The notes: generated from the letters alone by a model not told the origin. Positions 14,501-28,021 are shown, counted from the first letter of the stretch. The stretch is 64,000 nucleotides of DNA from Selaginella moellendorffii (GCF_000143415.4 NW_003314262.1:142183-206182); one strand, 5' to 3'. Numbers and translations are program-made.

Positions 14501-15040
14501 CGCTTTCGTGTGGGGAGCTCCTCAACAACATGCATTCAACAAGCTTCAAGAGGCTCTTCACCATGAGCTTGGCAGGAACGTCATGAGTGACAAGACTGTC
14601 CAGGTCAAAGTCCGCGGTGTCTACAAAGTTCACTGCATGAGAAATGTTATCACATTGAAGTTGACATGAAAAAGGATATGAGCTCCAGAGAGTATATGAC
14701 AAAAACACTCCAAAGTGTGCTGGTGATGGTGATTCATGTTGACACATACAAATGCCGAAAGCCTCCTTGCCAACAATGACAAAGATCTCAAAAGGATTTC
14801 CTCGATTTGGGGCACACATCACTGGTGCAAGGTGAAGTTGCCATGTACTTGGAAGCTGGTTGTGCTCCTGACAATTTCTCCCTGGACTAGCAACGCACGG
14901 CGATCAAGGCTCGAGATTACTGCTTGGTCGGTGGAACTCTCTATCGATAGACATGCAAGATCTATTGAAATCGGGGGGAATTCCTAAGTCATGTTCTTTG
15001 GCACCCTAATAGATGGACTGAACAGGGTTGGCATTTTTTA
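11545..15040 (+). mobile_element. Degraded Ty3/gypsy LTR retrotransposon internal region (Tat-like, extra RNase H)
   Basis: Domains in order: gag zinc knuckle 'CNHCKLSTHDKSCC', protease 'ALVDCGSG', RNase H-like 'ANEAEYLSMISAMELA...TGDCQLVIRQLNGEY', then RT 'NMVLVWKVNGKLWICIDF' and 'VYMDHLCIASTSFEEHLQHL'. Many stops and deletions. Confidence 0.8.
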
Positions 15041-15152
15041 GTCTACTTTGGCCCAATGCATATAGTAATCATAATTTTCCAAAACAAATAATAGTAGAAT
15101 AGAGGTTTACCATTTCAAAAAAGATAAAGAACTAATAATGATACCACGTCTA

Positions 15153-17658
15153 TTATCGTCCATTTGTCAGAGAACCAACAGAAGGATCCAAAGCTATTTC
15201 GGAGGATAAATTTGGAGACAATGGTTCAGGAACTTGTACAGTATCTTCCATCATTTGCACCACTTTCCCCATTGATGGCCTTGCATTTGCATCATGCTGA
15301 ATGCACCATAATGCAACTTTGAGCAGCCTCTTGAACTGCACCAAATCCACTTCCTCCCTCACTAGCTTCTTGTCAACGATACTTTCCAGATCTCCTGCTT
15401 GATACATGTTGTAAGCCCAGTCCGAGAGACACCAGCGGTTGTTTTCTGAGTTTATGGCAGATATTGTCATGAGGTACTTCTCCCTGCCGCTTATAATCTC
15501 GAGCAACACCATTCCAAAGCTGTAGACATCCGCCTTGGTTGTGATTGGAAGGTCGCTGATCCATTCAGGTGCAAGATATCCCCTGGTCCCACGCACAGTT
15601 GTCACACTCAATGCCCTCTCCCGTTTCATCAGCTTGGCTAAACCAAAATCCGCTACCTTTGGAATAAAGCTCTCATCAAGCAGGATGTTTTGAGGCTTTA
15701 TGTCGCAGTGGAGAATGCATTCCTGACATTCGTCATGAAGATATGTTATCCCTCTTGCAATCCCCAAAGCAATGTTGAATCGGCTGGCCCAGCCGCAAAA
15801 GTGCTCTGTATCATTCAAAAAAAGTAGCTTCTCCAGTGAACTATTAGGCATGTACTCATAAACCAGGAGCTTTCGATTGTCCTCGTAGCAATACCCCAGC
15901 AAGCGGACGAGGTTGATGTGGTGAATCTTGCCGAGGGTCTTCACCTCGGCTTGGAACTGTTTATCGGCTTGCATGGCCATTTCCAGCTCCTTGACTGCAA
16001 CAAGAGTGCCATTTGGAAGCCGCCCCTTGTAGACTGTCCCAAATCCTCCCGATCCAAGCCTGTCATAAAAGTTGTCTGTGAAATTTTGCAGCTGCTGATA
16101 CGTGAATATTGCAGGCCCACTGCCAAAATCGAGATCCATCATGTTGTTACGTGCTCTAGCGCTTATGATCCAGCAGAGCCCCATAAAACAAGTAACCAAG
16201 AGGAAAACCATCAACACAAGTGTTGTGATGAAGAGCGCAATGCGAGGACCATCTCTGAAAAATGGCCGATGGAGCACCAGCCACTGGAAACCAGGAACGA
16301 CGGTGGCATTTGCGTTTGTCACGTATACGTTTGCATCCGGACTTTGTCCTGGATCTTTGGCAGAAACTTTCAAGAAGAAAACGTTGTCCACGTCCACAGA
16401 CTGCTTGCCATTGAACAGACCCGAGGGATCTAAGCCCTTGAGCCAGCATATTCCAGCGCCACCCATCTGGAAAGCAGCTCCGAGACACTCGCACTCCCTG
16501 AGGCATCTTTGGATACAATCCTCCTGGGATGACGGATTTGGCAGCGGGTGGCTATTGTAGTCATTGTATTGGAAGTCCGTGCGTACAAGTTGGATCATCT
16601 TGAAGTTTCTTGGATCTGTTGAGTTTTGGCCTGTTGGACACTTGGTCAACGGAGTATTGTAAACACAATCCTGTGACGGATCGGAAGCATTTGTGGGGTG
16701 AAATCCCGGAGGACAGATGCAAGTTGCAGTCGGCCGGTATGTGCAAATCCCAAAGCGCCCGCATTTCCCAAAGATGTCACACTCGAGAAGAACAGCTTGC
16801 CAAGTTATGAGCCATCTGTTCTTGATCTCATCAAGAGTGTAGATTCTCAAGTTGCCATCATCGTCCAGGGTCAGCCTTCGGGTTAGACCAATTTCAGGAT
16901 AATCAAGCGCATACCTCTGTGCCGTGTCATATACTTTGTCAGGATTTTTCCAGGAGCTGCCGTTCCCATCAAAGAAAGAAAGCATCCCGCTAGTGCTGAA
17001 GTTGAGACGAGGAGGACTGACCGCAGAATCGGAATGATTGTCATTCGCGATCTTCCAGTATGGTTCAAGCCAATATCCCTGGGAGTAGAGCGCAACTCTA
17101 CTCACATCCATTCGAAGGTCATATTTTCGGTTACTGGAGACAAGCCGGGTGTTTCCAATGAGCTGCTGATAAGGAAGAAGGGTGTCCGTGGGGCGCTCAA
17201 ATGACTGCCAAACAGGCACTCCGTTGCTCGTTAGAAGCTGTAAGTTGCCATTCTCCTGAAGCAAAGCTTTTGTAACTGCGAGAGTTGACGTAGAAGTTCC
17301 CCAGATAATTCCAGCAGCGTTGGAGGTGAGAACTAATCGACCATCGGTCTGGAAAACGAGCTGGTCGCCTTTGATAAGCCCGATTGGAAAACCTCCCGTG
17401 TCATTGGACATTGCGCTCCAGACGACTGTGCATTTTGGTGTACCATATCGAGAAACTATAGAGGGGAGATGTGGGATTGAGATGGCCGAATCCTGCAGAA
17501 AAGGTAGCGTTGGGAGACGTAATCCATGTCTGAGGGTCTTCGCCTCTCACAATTATGGTTGTGCCTGGACTTCCACCATCAGCTGCCACCGAAGTTAAAA
17601 TGACATAGCACAAGCAACAGAACAGGAGAATTCTAAAAGCGAGAAACATTAAGAGCAT
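15153..17658 (-). pseudogene. Frameshifted copy of G-type lectin S-domain receptor kinase A
   Basis: Matches 30620-33130 except for a 5-bp deletion (ATGCCCAACACAG to ATGCACAG near 17430; 2506 vs 2511 nt). This splits it into an 85-aa ORF and a 752-aa ORF lacking the signal peptide. Confidence 0.9.
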
Positions 17659-17814
17659 CTGTTATTTTCTAAATGAACTATAAGGTGTAGTATACCAAGT
17701 GATGCTTACATCTTTTTTATAGTTGGGAGTGTCTTGTAGCCACTTGTTGTGTTTTACTTCAGTATCTTTCGTACTATACTGGTCTTCCATGGCCACAACT
17801 TTGAATGTTTCTCG

Positions 17815-17862
17815 CTGACTGCATGCTTGACTCTGACTCTGACGTTGACCTGGACTGACGAG
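17815..17862. promoter_or_regulatory. W-box/TGAC cluster in the divergent promoter of the kinase A copy
   Basis: 'ctgactgcatgcttgactctgactctgacgttgacctggactgacg' contains six TGAC cores, including TTGACT, TTGACC and TGACG. Confidence 0.5.
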
Positions 17863-17919
17863 TTGGTGCACGAGCCTTTAAATTTCCTCAATACGTGATT
17901 CCCAGGTAATGACAAAAGT

Positions 17920-18515
17920 TGTTCTTGAGCTACTGCAATAGAGATGGCCTGCATCTCAGCTGGAGGCGCTTTGCTGTCAACATTGACAGGCTCAAAGACT
18001 TTCAATCTAGCAATATGGTACCAGAACAAACTGTGGCAACGGAGCAAAATAAAAACGGAGAATTTATTCATATCAGTGGGAACGCACAGCTTCAGCTCAG
18101 GGGTGAGAACGGACTCATTGTCACTGATGATGCAAGTGTGATTGTGTGGCAAACAAATCAAATTGGGGCTGTTGCTCTAAAGGTTCTTTCCTTCTGGAGA
18201 CTGGCAACTTGGTGGTTCGTTGGGAGGACAAGGAGTTTTCATGGCAGAGTTTTCCTGAGGAACAATAACAAGAAGCTTCAAATTCCTCAAAGATACTGGC
18301 ACATAGCATATCCACTTTGCGAACGTGCCATAGAGATGAAATTGGGGACCAAGTCAACATACAGTGCCAGATTGACAGGTCTTTACATTTTCCAGCAGTT
18401 CTCAACTTGAGTTCTGATGGAGTTTTATTGTTTTATGACACAACTGGATCAAGTCTGCCACTGAAAATTCTCACAAATATGCTCTGGATTATGGAATCTC
18501 AAATGTTTTGAAGAC
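17920..18515 (+). pseudogene. 5' fragment of a kinase-C-like S-domain gene
   Basis: 'FNLAIWYQ', 'SGNAQLQLR', 'VFLRNNNKKLQIPQRYW', 'FPAVLNLSSDGVL' and 'ENSHKYALDYGISNVL' match the 45323-47764 protein. Frameshifts and a deletion. Confidence 0.85.
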
Positions 18516-18940
18516 AGCAGGTAGCAGCGCCCAGACAGCAGCCCACAGGATGTTGCTATGAACTTAGGACTTGGACAAGTGGCAGTTACTGTTAGACAAG
18601 TGGGAAGCCGAACTATGGGACTTGGAGTTCCCTGCTTGGAGTGCTGGAGTTTGGACCATGGAAGATGGATACTGAACAAACCTCTTCTACAAAGGCATTA
18701 GGTTAGTTATTAATTCTCTTTCTGTCCTGGGATTGAAACATAAAGACAAGAACACCATTGAGGACCAACAAGGGATGTAATAGCTCACTCAAGAATTCTA
18801 TCAGACCATTTATACGGCTTAGCCATGGACCCCAATCTGGGAAAGCACAGTAGAAGAGGTTATAGTGACTCTCAACCCCACAGGGTCCCCCAATGAGTGG
18901 CAAGAGTTTTTGAAGGTAAACTCTTATGTTGAAGGTGATG
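18515..18940 (+). mobile_element. Possible LINE ORF2 fragment (inverted copy at about 29340-29765)
   Basis: Peptides 'WTMEDGY*TNLFYK' and 'IEDQQGM**LTQEFYQTIY' resemble the EN-RT linker of L1-type elements. The segment truncates the kinase fragment. Confidence 0.35.
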
Positions 18941-19032
18941 TTGTGATTATGAATGAGACAAAGTCAAGTTTCTTTTTATTTTAGACTAAATGTAATTAAT
19001 TAGTAGGGGATTAACAATAATCCTATAATTGT

Positions 19033-19730
19033 TTGTGTGTGACATATTTAAGGAACTTGAGCGTGAGATTCTGCTGCTAGAAGGCATGGAAATCTCCTGG
19101 AGTGCATTTCCACTGCTGCTCCTGGGAAAGGTGCTTGACCTGGAAGTGGTTGAGGGAATGGAAGTTGAATTTCCGTTGGCATCGAGCTTGCTTGAGGTGA
19201 TGGTGGGGGATCCAGGCCAGAGAAATCATCTGAAACAACATGTGTAGGCACAGCCTTCTTTTCTCGAGCTCAAGTAGTGATGACAACCTGGGTAAAGTCC
19301 TCAGCTGGAAGAATCACATAGATGCCAGCGATTTTCTTTCCTTTGTCCAAAGCTGGCAGAGCTTCAATTGCACGTTCCTGTAAAATCTGACAATAGCTGG
19401 ACTTGGCTGCAATTAAGGAGTTGTCCACCAAAGGTTGCTGGAGAACTTGCTGAGGCTGTAGGCGTTGCTCAGGGTGTAACTTCCAACAGCGTGATTTGTT
19501 ATGTGTACTCAATTTGCAGTCATTGCAAAAGAGACGATGGTATGGAGGACAATCAACAACATCCATCCTAGGTATCTTAGCTCTTCTAAAATCTCTACCT
19601 ACTGTGCTTGCTATTGTTGGACAATGTAATATTGTTGAATTTCCACCAATGTGACATCAAGGATTTCTCCTCAAGTAGCTTTATTGTTAGAACTTAGGGA
19701 AGAATTACCTAAGTTGAAGTAACCTGTCTA
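19033..19730 (-). mobile_element. Inverted second copy of the gag region of the 11545-15040 retroelement
   Basis: Near-identical ORFs to 11545-12250 on the opposite strand (e.g. 'MPTHVVSDDFSGLD.PPSPQASSMPTE'). Confidence 0.9.
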
Positions 19731-19769
19731 AAATCCTTGGTAAAAATAAATATATAGATTAATATTAAT

Positions 19770-22700
19770 ATAACAATCCTGCCCCCAACTAAAGTTGTTG
19801 TCAGCCATCACTTCTCGGGACTTTAGCTATGTTTTTTATTCTTCAGTTTAAAACATCTTAGACACTCTTTGAATGAAATTAAAAATATCAAAAGAAAGGT
19901 AGGCTATATGACCAATCAATAGTAACTACCTCATTATTAAAGATTCCACCATGCACTCAAAGTGCTGAAGCCAGTTTATCTATATTTGCCCAAAGTATAA
20001 GATCAATAAATGGACAATATTAAAGTCATAGATAAAGATATCTTAGAGATATCGAATTATCAGTGAATAAAGCTTATATAAGAATCCAAAAGTATTCAAA
20101 GTAAATTATCATGATAGGAACTATTGAGATCATGATAGTTTAAAGAGTAAGGATTAACCATCGAACAATATCAACAAAACTCATTGATAAAGCTTAACTA
20201 CCAAATATTACATATAGCATGCTAAACAATTCATGAAAGACAACTCAAAGAATACAAAATATCATCAATTAGCAAGCAAAATGCTCGCGAATGAATATCC
20301 AAATTTATTAGATCAACCCTAACAACAATTAATAGAATAGAATGAATGTCGCAAGGGTGAACAAACATTTGTTCATGCTAATAATTACACTAATTAATTG
20401 AATAGATCCCAGTTAACAATACTAAATAACCAAAGTTGCTCAAGAAAGCATCAACAATATTTTATCGATATCTCAAACTTAAGAGACCAATCTAAAGTAA
20501 ACTACAAAGAATGTGAAAAGCCAAAAGCCATCAAAAAAACTAACTATTATAAAATATCATTATTCATCCCATCAATAGAAAGATGCATAATCATCATTGA
20601 AAAAATAATCCACCATCTCAAAAAATGCCAAATCATTCACCACTAACAATAACCAAACAAAACTTTAGAAAAAACAATCAAGTATCTTAAGATGATAGTC
20701 AATCATCATTAATAATTGCTAAATGCAAATACTAACTTCAACATCAAAGCTAATGAGTGAAAATACCTTTCATAACAACTCTTAATAAATGGAACAATAA
20801 ACATAAAATTCAAAAAACCAAAAGCTTAAAGAAGTCTACAGTTAAGTTTTATTTAATAATGATCACAAGTTTCAGATCAACTAATTTCAATACTAAAGAA
20901 AAAATCATGGTATAACCCATAATATCCTTCTCAAAATATCCATAAGCTAAACTTTATAATGCAAAAACTAATAAAAAGCATGTCTACATTAATCCAAAAG
21001 TTAAGTATAATGAAGTTATACTCAATAAGTGGTCATCAAATGATCCTCCATGAATCCATCTTCTATAATAAAATGTAACTCACTTCATAATAAACACAAG
21101 AAAAATCATTAATGATCGATATATCCTTAATTCAAATCTAACAAGGAACTAACAAATTAAATATCAACCACTAATTCTTCTGCTTATAGCGTTAATATAG
21201 TTTATGATTAAATCATTTTTTAAGGAAAAGCTAAAGCTCAACCCTTACTAAATAATTTCATCTAGAATATAGCTAACTTAATTTGTCACTCAATTCATTT
21301 GAACGTCAATATAATTGTTAACTAATGAATGCCAATAATACAAAGCTATAGCCAAACCATCAACACTATCTGCATCAAGACTAATGAAACTCAATATTAA
21401 TTCTATAGAGAAACATTTTATTTCACTCCAATTTCAACTTCAATAATGTTAGTGACAACATATCACTTCAATGTTATCAACACCAAAACAAAGTTAAAAG
21501 AAAGTAAAAGTGAATCATCATTTGAAACTCTTTAGCAACCAAGGTAAATAAAGTCAAAGATACATTATTTAATATTTGAGACCAATTCTTTTAGTTATAG
21601 ATAACACTTTATCAAAGAGTAAATCACCATGTCCAAAACTCAAAGAAATTTAACACCATAGACTAAACACAACCAAATGATACTAATAGAGGTAAAATTG
21701 ATATATAAATATGGAAAACCATACAAGTTTAATAACACAATCCTTTATAAAACCATCAGGTAAAGCAAGCCCATCGCTACTAAATTATCATCAAGCAAAG
21801 AAAAATATTATCAATCCATAACAAAGTCTACAAGTAATCATTAGTTGCAAGACAACTAACAATCACTCTCATCTCATCTTCATAAGATATAAACACTAAA
21901 TTCATGTCATTAAACCACATACTTGTCCAATATAAAGTAACCCTCTAATACAAGTACAAACAAAATGATGATTCAAATCCAATCAAATAGCAATTATCTC
22001 ACTAATATGTCTAGCCAACAACTTTAAGTATATCTAAAGAAGCTAGCTACACATAATTAACACTCAACCAAAACTAAAGTGAAAACTATGAGATGGACTT
22101 ATATGGTACATAATATTTTAATAGACAAACCTATAGTATAGGTACTAACATTTCAACCACAAACAATAAAGTTGGACATTATTATCCTTAGTTAAAGAGC
22201 AGAGTCACCAAGATTAAATCAAGATTAATGAAAGCTCACTACTCTTATAGAGTTCAACAAAATGCAAAGTATAACTTGCCACCAAGTATAATGTTACAAA
22301 AAAAAGCACAAGAGTCAACTTTCTACACCAACTCATTTGTCTAAACCCTAAAAGTTATTTTCCCTTTTGGACCACATATAAATTACCTACTCAAGTTTAA
22401 GCTAAGGAACGTCAACTTTAACCAATTTGCAATGGTTCACAAAAATGAAATGGTTTTTGGGTAAAATGATCAATAAATCAATCATTGAAAAAATCTAAGA
22501 AAATTTATGAAAAAAAATTTCATCCTAGAAAAAGAATAACATTTAGTCTAGGAATGTAAATTCTCAAGACTCCACCAACTTCCTCCTACCTACAACTTAT
22601 AAAAAAGGTTATAATATTTATTTGCTATAGCTTGTCAGTGGATCAGTTAGCATTTAAAATAAATTGTTAGATAGAGAAAGTGAGTAGTTGAGACATTGGT

Positions 22701-25645
22701 ATTGTTAACACTTCTATTAGTGAAAGTGGCATTGTCATGATGAATGATGAGGAGTTGTCTTTTGAGCTTGATTTTTTGTCATTTTCTTTATTAGTGTTTT
22801 GGCTCTATACTGAATCTTGAAGGTGATTAATATAGATATCCAAAGATGTGGTCTTTATGATCAAATTTTAGGTATTTATTTGCATTTGTAGATGTTATTG
22901 TCGGATGTTAGTTATATGGGTATGATGTTTGATATTTAAGTATATTATTGGATCATGAGAGCTCTCAAGGAAATAAGGTACTAATATAAGTTTACCATAA
23001 AATGGATCACTATTGAAAATTTAGTTAAAGTTATTACAATATTACTTCTTACAAGTACACTAACTTCTCCATTAACCACTTTGGGGTTAATCATCATTTG
23101 TCCAAACAACTTCGGAAATATATTACTTAAAATCATATAATAAAGAAATCACAATGACTTGATCATCAATCAAGCAATACCATAAACAACACTTATGTCA
23201 CTATTACAAATATTTATGTAAGTATTAGATGCCAACTTAATTTGATAAAAGGCAATACAAATGCCATATCCTATCGATAAAGATTTATAACACCTAACAC
23301 TATTAACTTTTGTTCACAACAAAAACAAGCTTATGCCACTTTTTTCTGACTAAACTTAAAATTAATCCAATACCAAATTACTCAAGAAGTAATAGCAAAG
23401 TTCCTTGAAAAAGAATTGAACATTATAATCCAAGCCTTCCAATAGCAAGCTTAAGAAAAATGGTTTAGCATCTCATTATTATCCATCCCACGACTCATTG
23501 TTTGTAAGAACATTACAATCAACATATATTAAAGTATGAAGTTTTGATTGCATGATGCAAATACGAATAATAAAATCACACCTTGTTGTAAACCATCTCT
23601 CCAAGAAGAAAAAATGATTTACTTGTTTGATCCTTTGTCCCTAATGACCCTTTTTTAGACTCAATTTCATCAAATTTTAAACTTGCATTCACATTGCCTT
23701 CAGTTCAATCCAAGAAAAGTTATGAGAGAGTACAATAATAACTACTTGAACCAATAGACTAATCCTTACAGTCTTGATTGATCCATTTATAATCATGCCT
23801 AGGTAGGATCCACTAGTGTCATGTTAAATAGCTATAGACTAGTCTATTTGCCACTTATAACAAACTTAGAAGATGTTTAATTTTACTCACAATAAAACAA
23901 TTTATAGTAAACACCAATAGACTAACATTAATCCTGTCAACTCAAAGTGTAACCTGAAATTATTAATGTGCCTCACTCACGACCCCAAACGTAAACGGAA
24001 TATTTCACATCCATCTTATGAGCCCAAGCGAAAACTCACATAATATGGTACAAAAAGGTAATCAAAATCTATACCTAAGGAACGAATATGGAATGATAGC
24101 ACCCAAATATATACCCACTCGAATCATTATTTTCATTTTTGTATGCTAAGACTCATCCTTTGATACCAAATGTGATACATGTGGTTTTCACCCTTTACCT
24201 TATGGTGATTTACCATAGGATAACCACAAAGCATAACTTAAACTCTTGGCCACGTGTCCAAGGGTAGTGAAGTGGAACTCAAGTTTCAAGATTTTGGGCC
24301 ACTAAATGAAAGGATGGAGCTAAACTCCCAAGCATGCAGCCAGGGAGTAAAAGAATTAAAACATAGAGTGATTTTTGAGTGTTTAGCCCAAGTGAAAGGA
24401 TAGGATTATAGAGTAATATAAGAATAATCCTAGAACATTTAGCATCATAATGCCAAAACCAACATGCAAAATGGAGCCAAATGGAGTCTATTGTTATTTT
24501 AATATACTGGTGGCTTAATGCAAGGATATGGGTATTCCATTAGTTAGTATAGTATAGAGCTTGGGTCTAAACCCAAACCAAACGTAGAACAAAGACAGAC
24601 ACACAAGTAGGAGCTAAACTATGCTTTACGTTGGTTAGCTATACCTTATCTACCCACTATTTCTACTATACATTTAGAACCCCCCCCCTGCTCTCTTGAG
24701 GAATGCATGCTTTGGGCTTTCATCTCAATCCCAAGAGTTATGTAGGCAACTAAACAACTAAAGGGAACGACTTAAGAGATAATCCATAAAGATTCAAATA
24801 TAGAGGGAAATGGTTATGAACAAGAGTGCATCCTATTTTTCAATTAAGGGTTTTAGGATATTTAGTGCTAAGTGTCATTAGGTTTGAATAATACTAAGCT
24901 AAATGACTTTTTGGGAAGTTCAATTTAAGAGCTTCCATTTGGTATCAAAGATGTTTCAAGTTCTACTTTATTGATTGGTTAGGGAATCACACCATATGTT
25001 AAGATTGATATCTAGTAGGTCTAATTTACCTTTGGCTAACCTCGTCCCAAGAGTTAGAGTGTCAAGAAAACGAGATTCTCAAGAGAGTTGTACCTCTTAA
25101 CTTCGATTCACGAGGGCATGAACTTGCAAAGAAGTGTGGTGGATTATAAGTAATCAAAGGGAATGACTCAAAAGATGATTTATAAGAGTTCAAAGATAAA
25201 AGAAAAAAGGCCCATAAACAAGAGTACAACCCCTTTTTCAATCAGTTAAAAGTTTTAAGATACTTTGGGTTAAACATTATTGGGTTTGAATAGTACTAGG
25301 CTAAGTAATCCTAGGAAGTCCAATTCAAGAGTTTACAAGCTAGTCTTTAGAACAATCGCAAAATTTATTAAATATGAAATGACACTAGATTGCGAATTTA
25401 AATGTGGGAACAACACCATCATGTTCATAACAATCTCTACACTCCATAGATATGCCCAACTAGTAAATCTAAACACTTTCTATAAATAACCAATAGGACC
25501 AAACAAGACTAGCATATGGGAAATGATAGCGAGAGTGTCTTGGCAAATAGAGTAAATTATTATTTAATGAGTATTAAGGGATTGAGGGATTCAACTCAAT
25601 ATTATAAGGGTTCCCAACACTAACAAGTGCAAACCAATATATAAG
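19770..25645 (-). mobile_element. Old, AT-eroded LTR retrotransposon (LTR about 24171-25645, internal region to its left)
   Basis: The minus strand shows an LTR-like end '...TATCACA' followed by a PBS-like 'TTTGGTATCAAAG' at about 24158-24170. A purine-rich 'GGGGGCAGGAT-TGT' lies at about 19772-19786. The LTR part has an inverted homologue at 34700-35325. Coding remnants are barely readable. Confidence 0.5.
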
Positions 25646-28021
25646 TGTAAATAACTAATATTTCTATTCTACTTTAGTTACTTAACCACACCTTCGACCA
25701 CTTGAAAGAGTCTCACTCACAACCTTCATAAGTCTTATTCCTAACTTAGGGACTTTATAGCCTCATGAATGACCTCTATGCCACTTTGTTTTCACACTTA
25801 GTCTAAGTGCTCCATATGTCCAATCCTAATATAAACATCAAAAAATACTATTAACATATCAACTTATTATGTTAATGCCATATCCATTCACCTTTGTTTA
25901 ATTAGTAGTCCAAAACCACCCATACCATAAACCAATCTCCCATGGACTAGGCCATCTATCCATGAGTGGTCATCCCTTGACCACACTTTAGCACTTTTAA
26001 AATGTCCAGAGATATGAGGAACACTCTTCTCTAATATTCTTTCTTTTGCCCCATAAAGTTTTACTTTGGTCATGGTAGTGCTTGCCAACATTGCCATTGA
26101 GTCAAGGTTTGAAGGCTTGACCACTAAGTCCCATTGACCTCTAGGACTTCCTCATCACGTGACTATGTTTTTGGTCATTATGCAAAAGGATTATTTTTCT
26201 TCTTTTCCACAATCTAGAACTTTAGAATGACATTTCAAAACATTGTAGCTCTACACGAACTTTATAGATACTCTCCCCATTTTCCACCCTTAAGTGCCCT
26301 AGCTATATGGTTAAAACGAAGTTTCGTTGAGCCATACCAGGTATCCAAGTAGATAGTGCCATCCACATTTAGATTGGGAGCATCAACCATTTGATCTCCC
26401 AGAAGTGTTAAAAATGGCTCTTGAACACTGTGAGACACAAATCCCTAAGCCCCAAAGTGGAGCCAAAAGGGTGCCACGTGGTAGTGGCTGAAGTGGAAGC
26501 CAAACGAGCGTAACACATTTAGACTAAAAGCTCCGTCTTGAGGAGTCCAAGATGGAGTTCAAGATGGAGTTCGAGATGGAGTTCGAGATGGACCAAGATG
26601 GAGTTCGAGATGGGATCCGAGATGGATCCGAGATGGACTGAGATGGAGTCCGAGATGGAGCCCGAGATGGATCTGAGATGGAGTCCGAGATGGACCCAAG
26701 ATGGAGTTTGAGATGGACCGAGATGGAGTCCGAGATGGACCCAAGATGGAGTCCGAGATGGAGTCTGAGATGGACCCGAGATGGAGTCCGAGATGGACCC
26801 AAGAAAGTCTGAGATGGACCAAGATGGAGTCCGAGATGGACCCGAGATGGAATCCGAGATGGAGTCCGAGAAGGACCTGAGATAGAGTCTGAAGTCGAGA
26901 CTGAGACCGAGATTGAGACTGAGACCGAGACCGGGACCGAGACCGAGACCGAGACTAAGGCTGAGGCCGAGATTGAGCCCAAGCTCGAGTCCGAGTCTGA
27001 GTCCAAGTCCAAGTTCGAGTTTGAGAGGGTGAAAGCCCAAAGCATTTGTCTCCCAGACCTTGGGGGCTTTGGTGAGTTCCAAAAGTATAGTAGGGGGAGG
27101 ACTCCAGTGGGGCCAGTTTGGCCAGGAAAGGTCAGTTTGGCCTAGGAAGGTTGTACCCAAATGTTGGGTGATGGGATAACCACTAAGAGGTCCAAGGCTA
27201 GAATGAATACAGACTGTCAAGTGGGGTAGCTTGGTGAAGTGTTCAAGAGCCAACTTTAGTTCCCTTGGGAGATCAAATGGTCAATGCTCCCAGTCCAAGT
27301 GTGGGTGGCATTACCTACTTGGATACCTGGCATGGCTCAACAGAACCTCTCTCTAAGCCCATAGTTAGAGCACCAAAAGGTGGAAGGTGGGGAGAGTACC
27401 TATGAGGCTTGCATAAAGCCACGGTGTTCCAAAATGTTATTCAAAAGTCCTAGACTATGGAAAGGAAGAGGAGTGGTCCTTTGGTGTAGTGACCAATGAT
27501 ACAGTCATGTGGTGAAGAAGTCCTAGAAGACAGTGGGACTTAGTGGTTGGGCCTATGGGCCCTGTCCCAGTGGTAGTATTGGCGAATACAGCCATGGGCA
27601 GAAAAGGGTCTTGGTGGGGACTATAAATGGATATTAGGGAAGGTTATTCCCCATGTCTATGGGCATTTTAAAGATGCTAAGGAGTGGATCTTGGACGTTC
27701 ACTCCTGGACAGATAGCCCAGTCCTTGAGAGACGAGACAGTGATGCAGGTGGTGTTGGACCACTGGTGTGACCAAGGTGAAGGGGCATGGCCTTAACATA
27801 ATAAGTTAGTATGTCAATGGTACCTTGGGGTGTCGGTCTTGGGACCGGGCACGTAGAGCACTTCAACTAAGTGCAAGGGATGAGTGGCATGGATGCCATT
27901 CTTAGGGCTAGCAAGTCCTAAATCCTGAATTGAACTTAAGGAGGTTGTGAATGAGACTCCTCTAAGTGGTTGGAGGTGTGGTTAAGTGACTAAAGTAGAA
28001 TGGAAAAATTAGTCACTTACA
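25646..28021. mobile_element. Fold-back element: ~780-bp inverted arms (25646-26429 and 27238-28021) around a minisatellite core
   Basis: The arms align along their length, e.g. 'gttgagccataccaggtatccaagtag' vs the reverse complement of 'ctacttggatacctggcatggctcaac'. Outer termini are TGTAA...TTACA. No target-site duplication is evident. Confidence 0.75.
26545..27025. repeat. Minisatellite: 10-12 bp GAGATGGA(GT)CC-type units followed by GAGACC/GAGTCC hexamers
   Basis: Roughly 30 consecutive 'gagatgga' cores from 26545 to 26885, then hexamer runs. Confidence 0.95.

Larger units (their letters stand above)
14668..19028. repeat. Left arm of ~4.4 kb inverted duplication (partner 29245-33626)
   Basis: Essentially identical six-frame ORFs on opposite strands in the two arms; the reverse-complement match is visible in the raw sequence. 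Confidence 0.95.

Noticed and set aside
24938-24953. Second PBS-like 'tttggtatcaaag' on the plus strand
   Set aside because: No matching LTR pair or internal domain found downstream.
26545-26890. CRISPR-like array
   Set aside because: Contiguous 10-12 bp units without unique spacers, in eukaryotic DNA.
26519-27253. Long repetitive ORFs (244, 173 and 87 aa)
   Set aside because: By-products of a stop-poor minisatellite that is open in several frames; no domain content.
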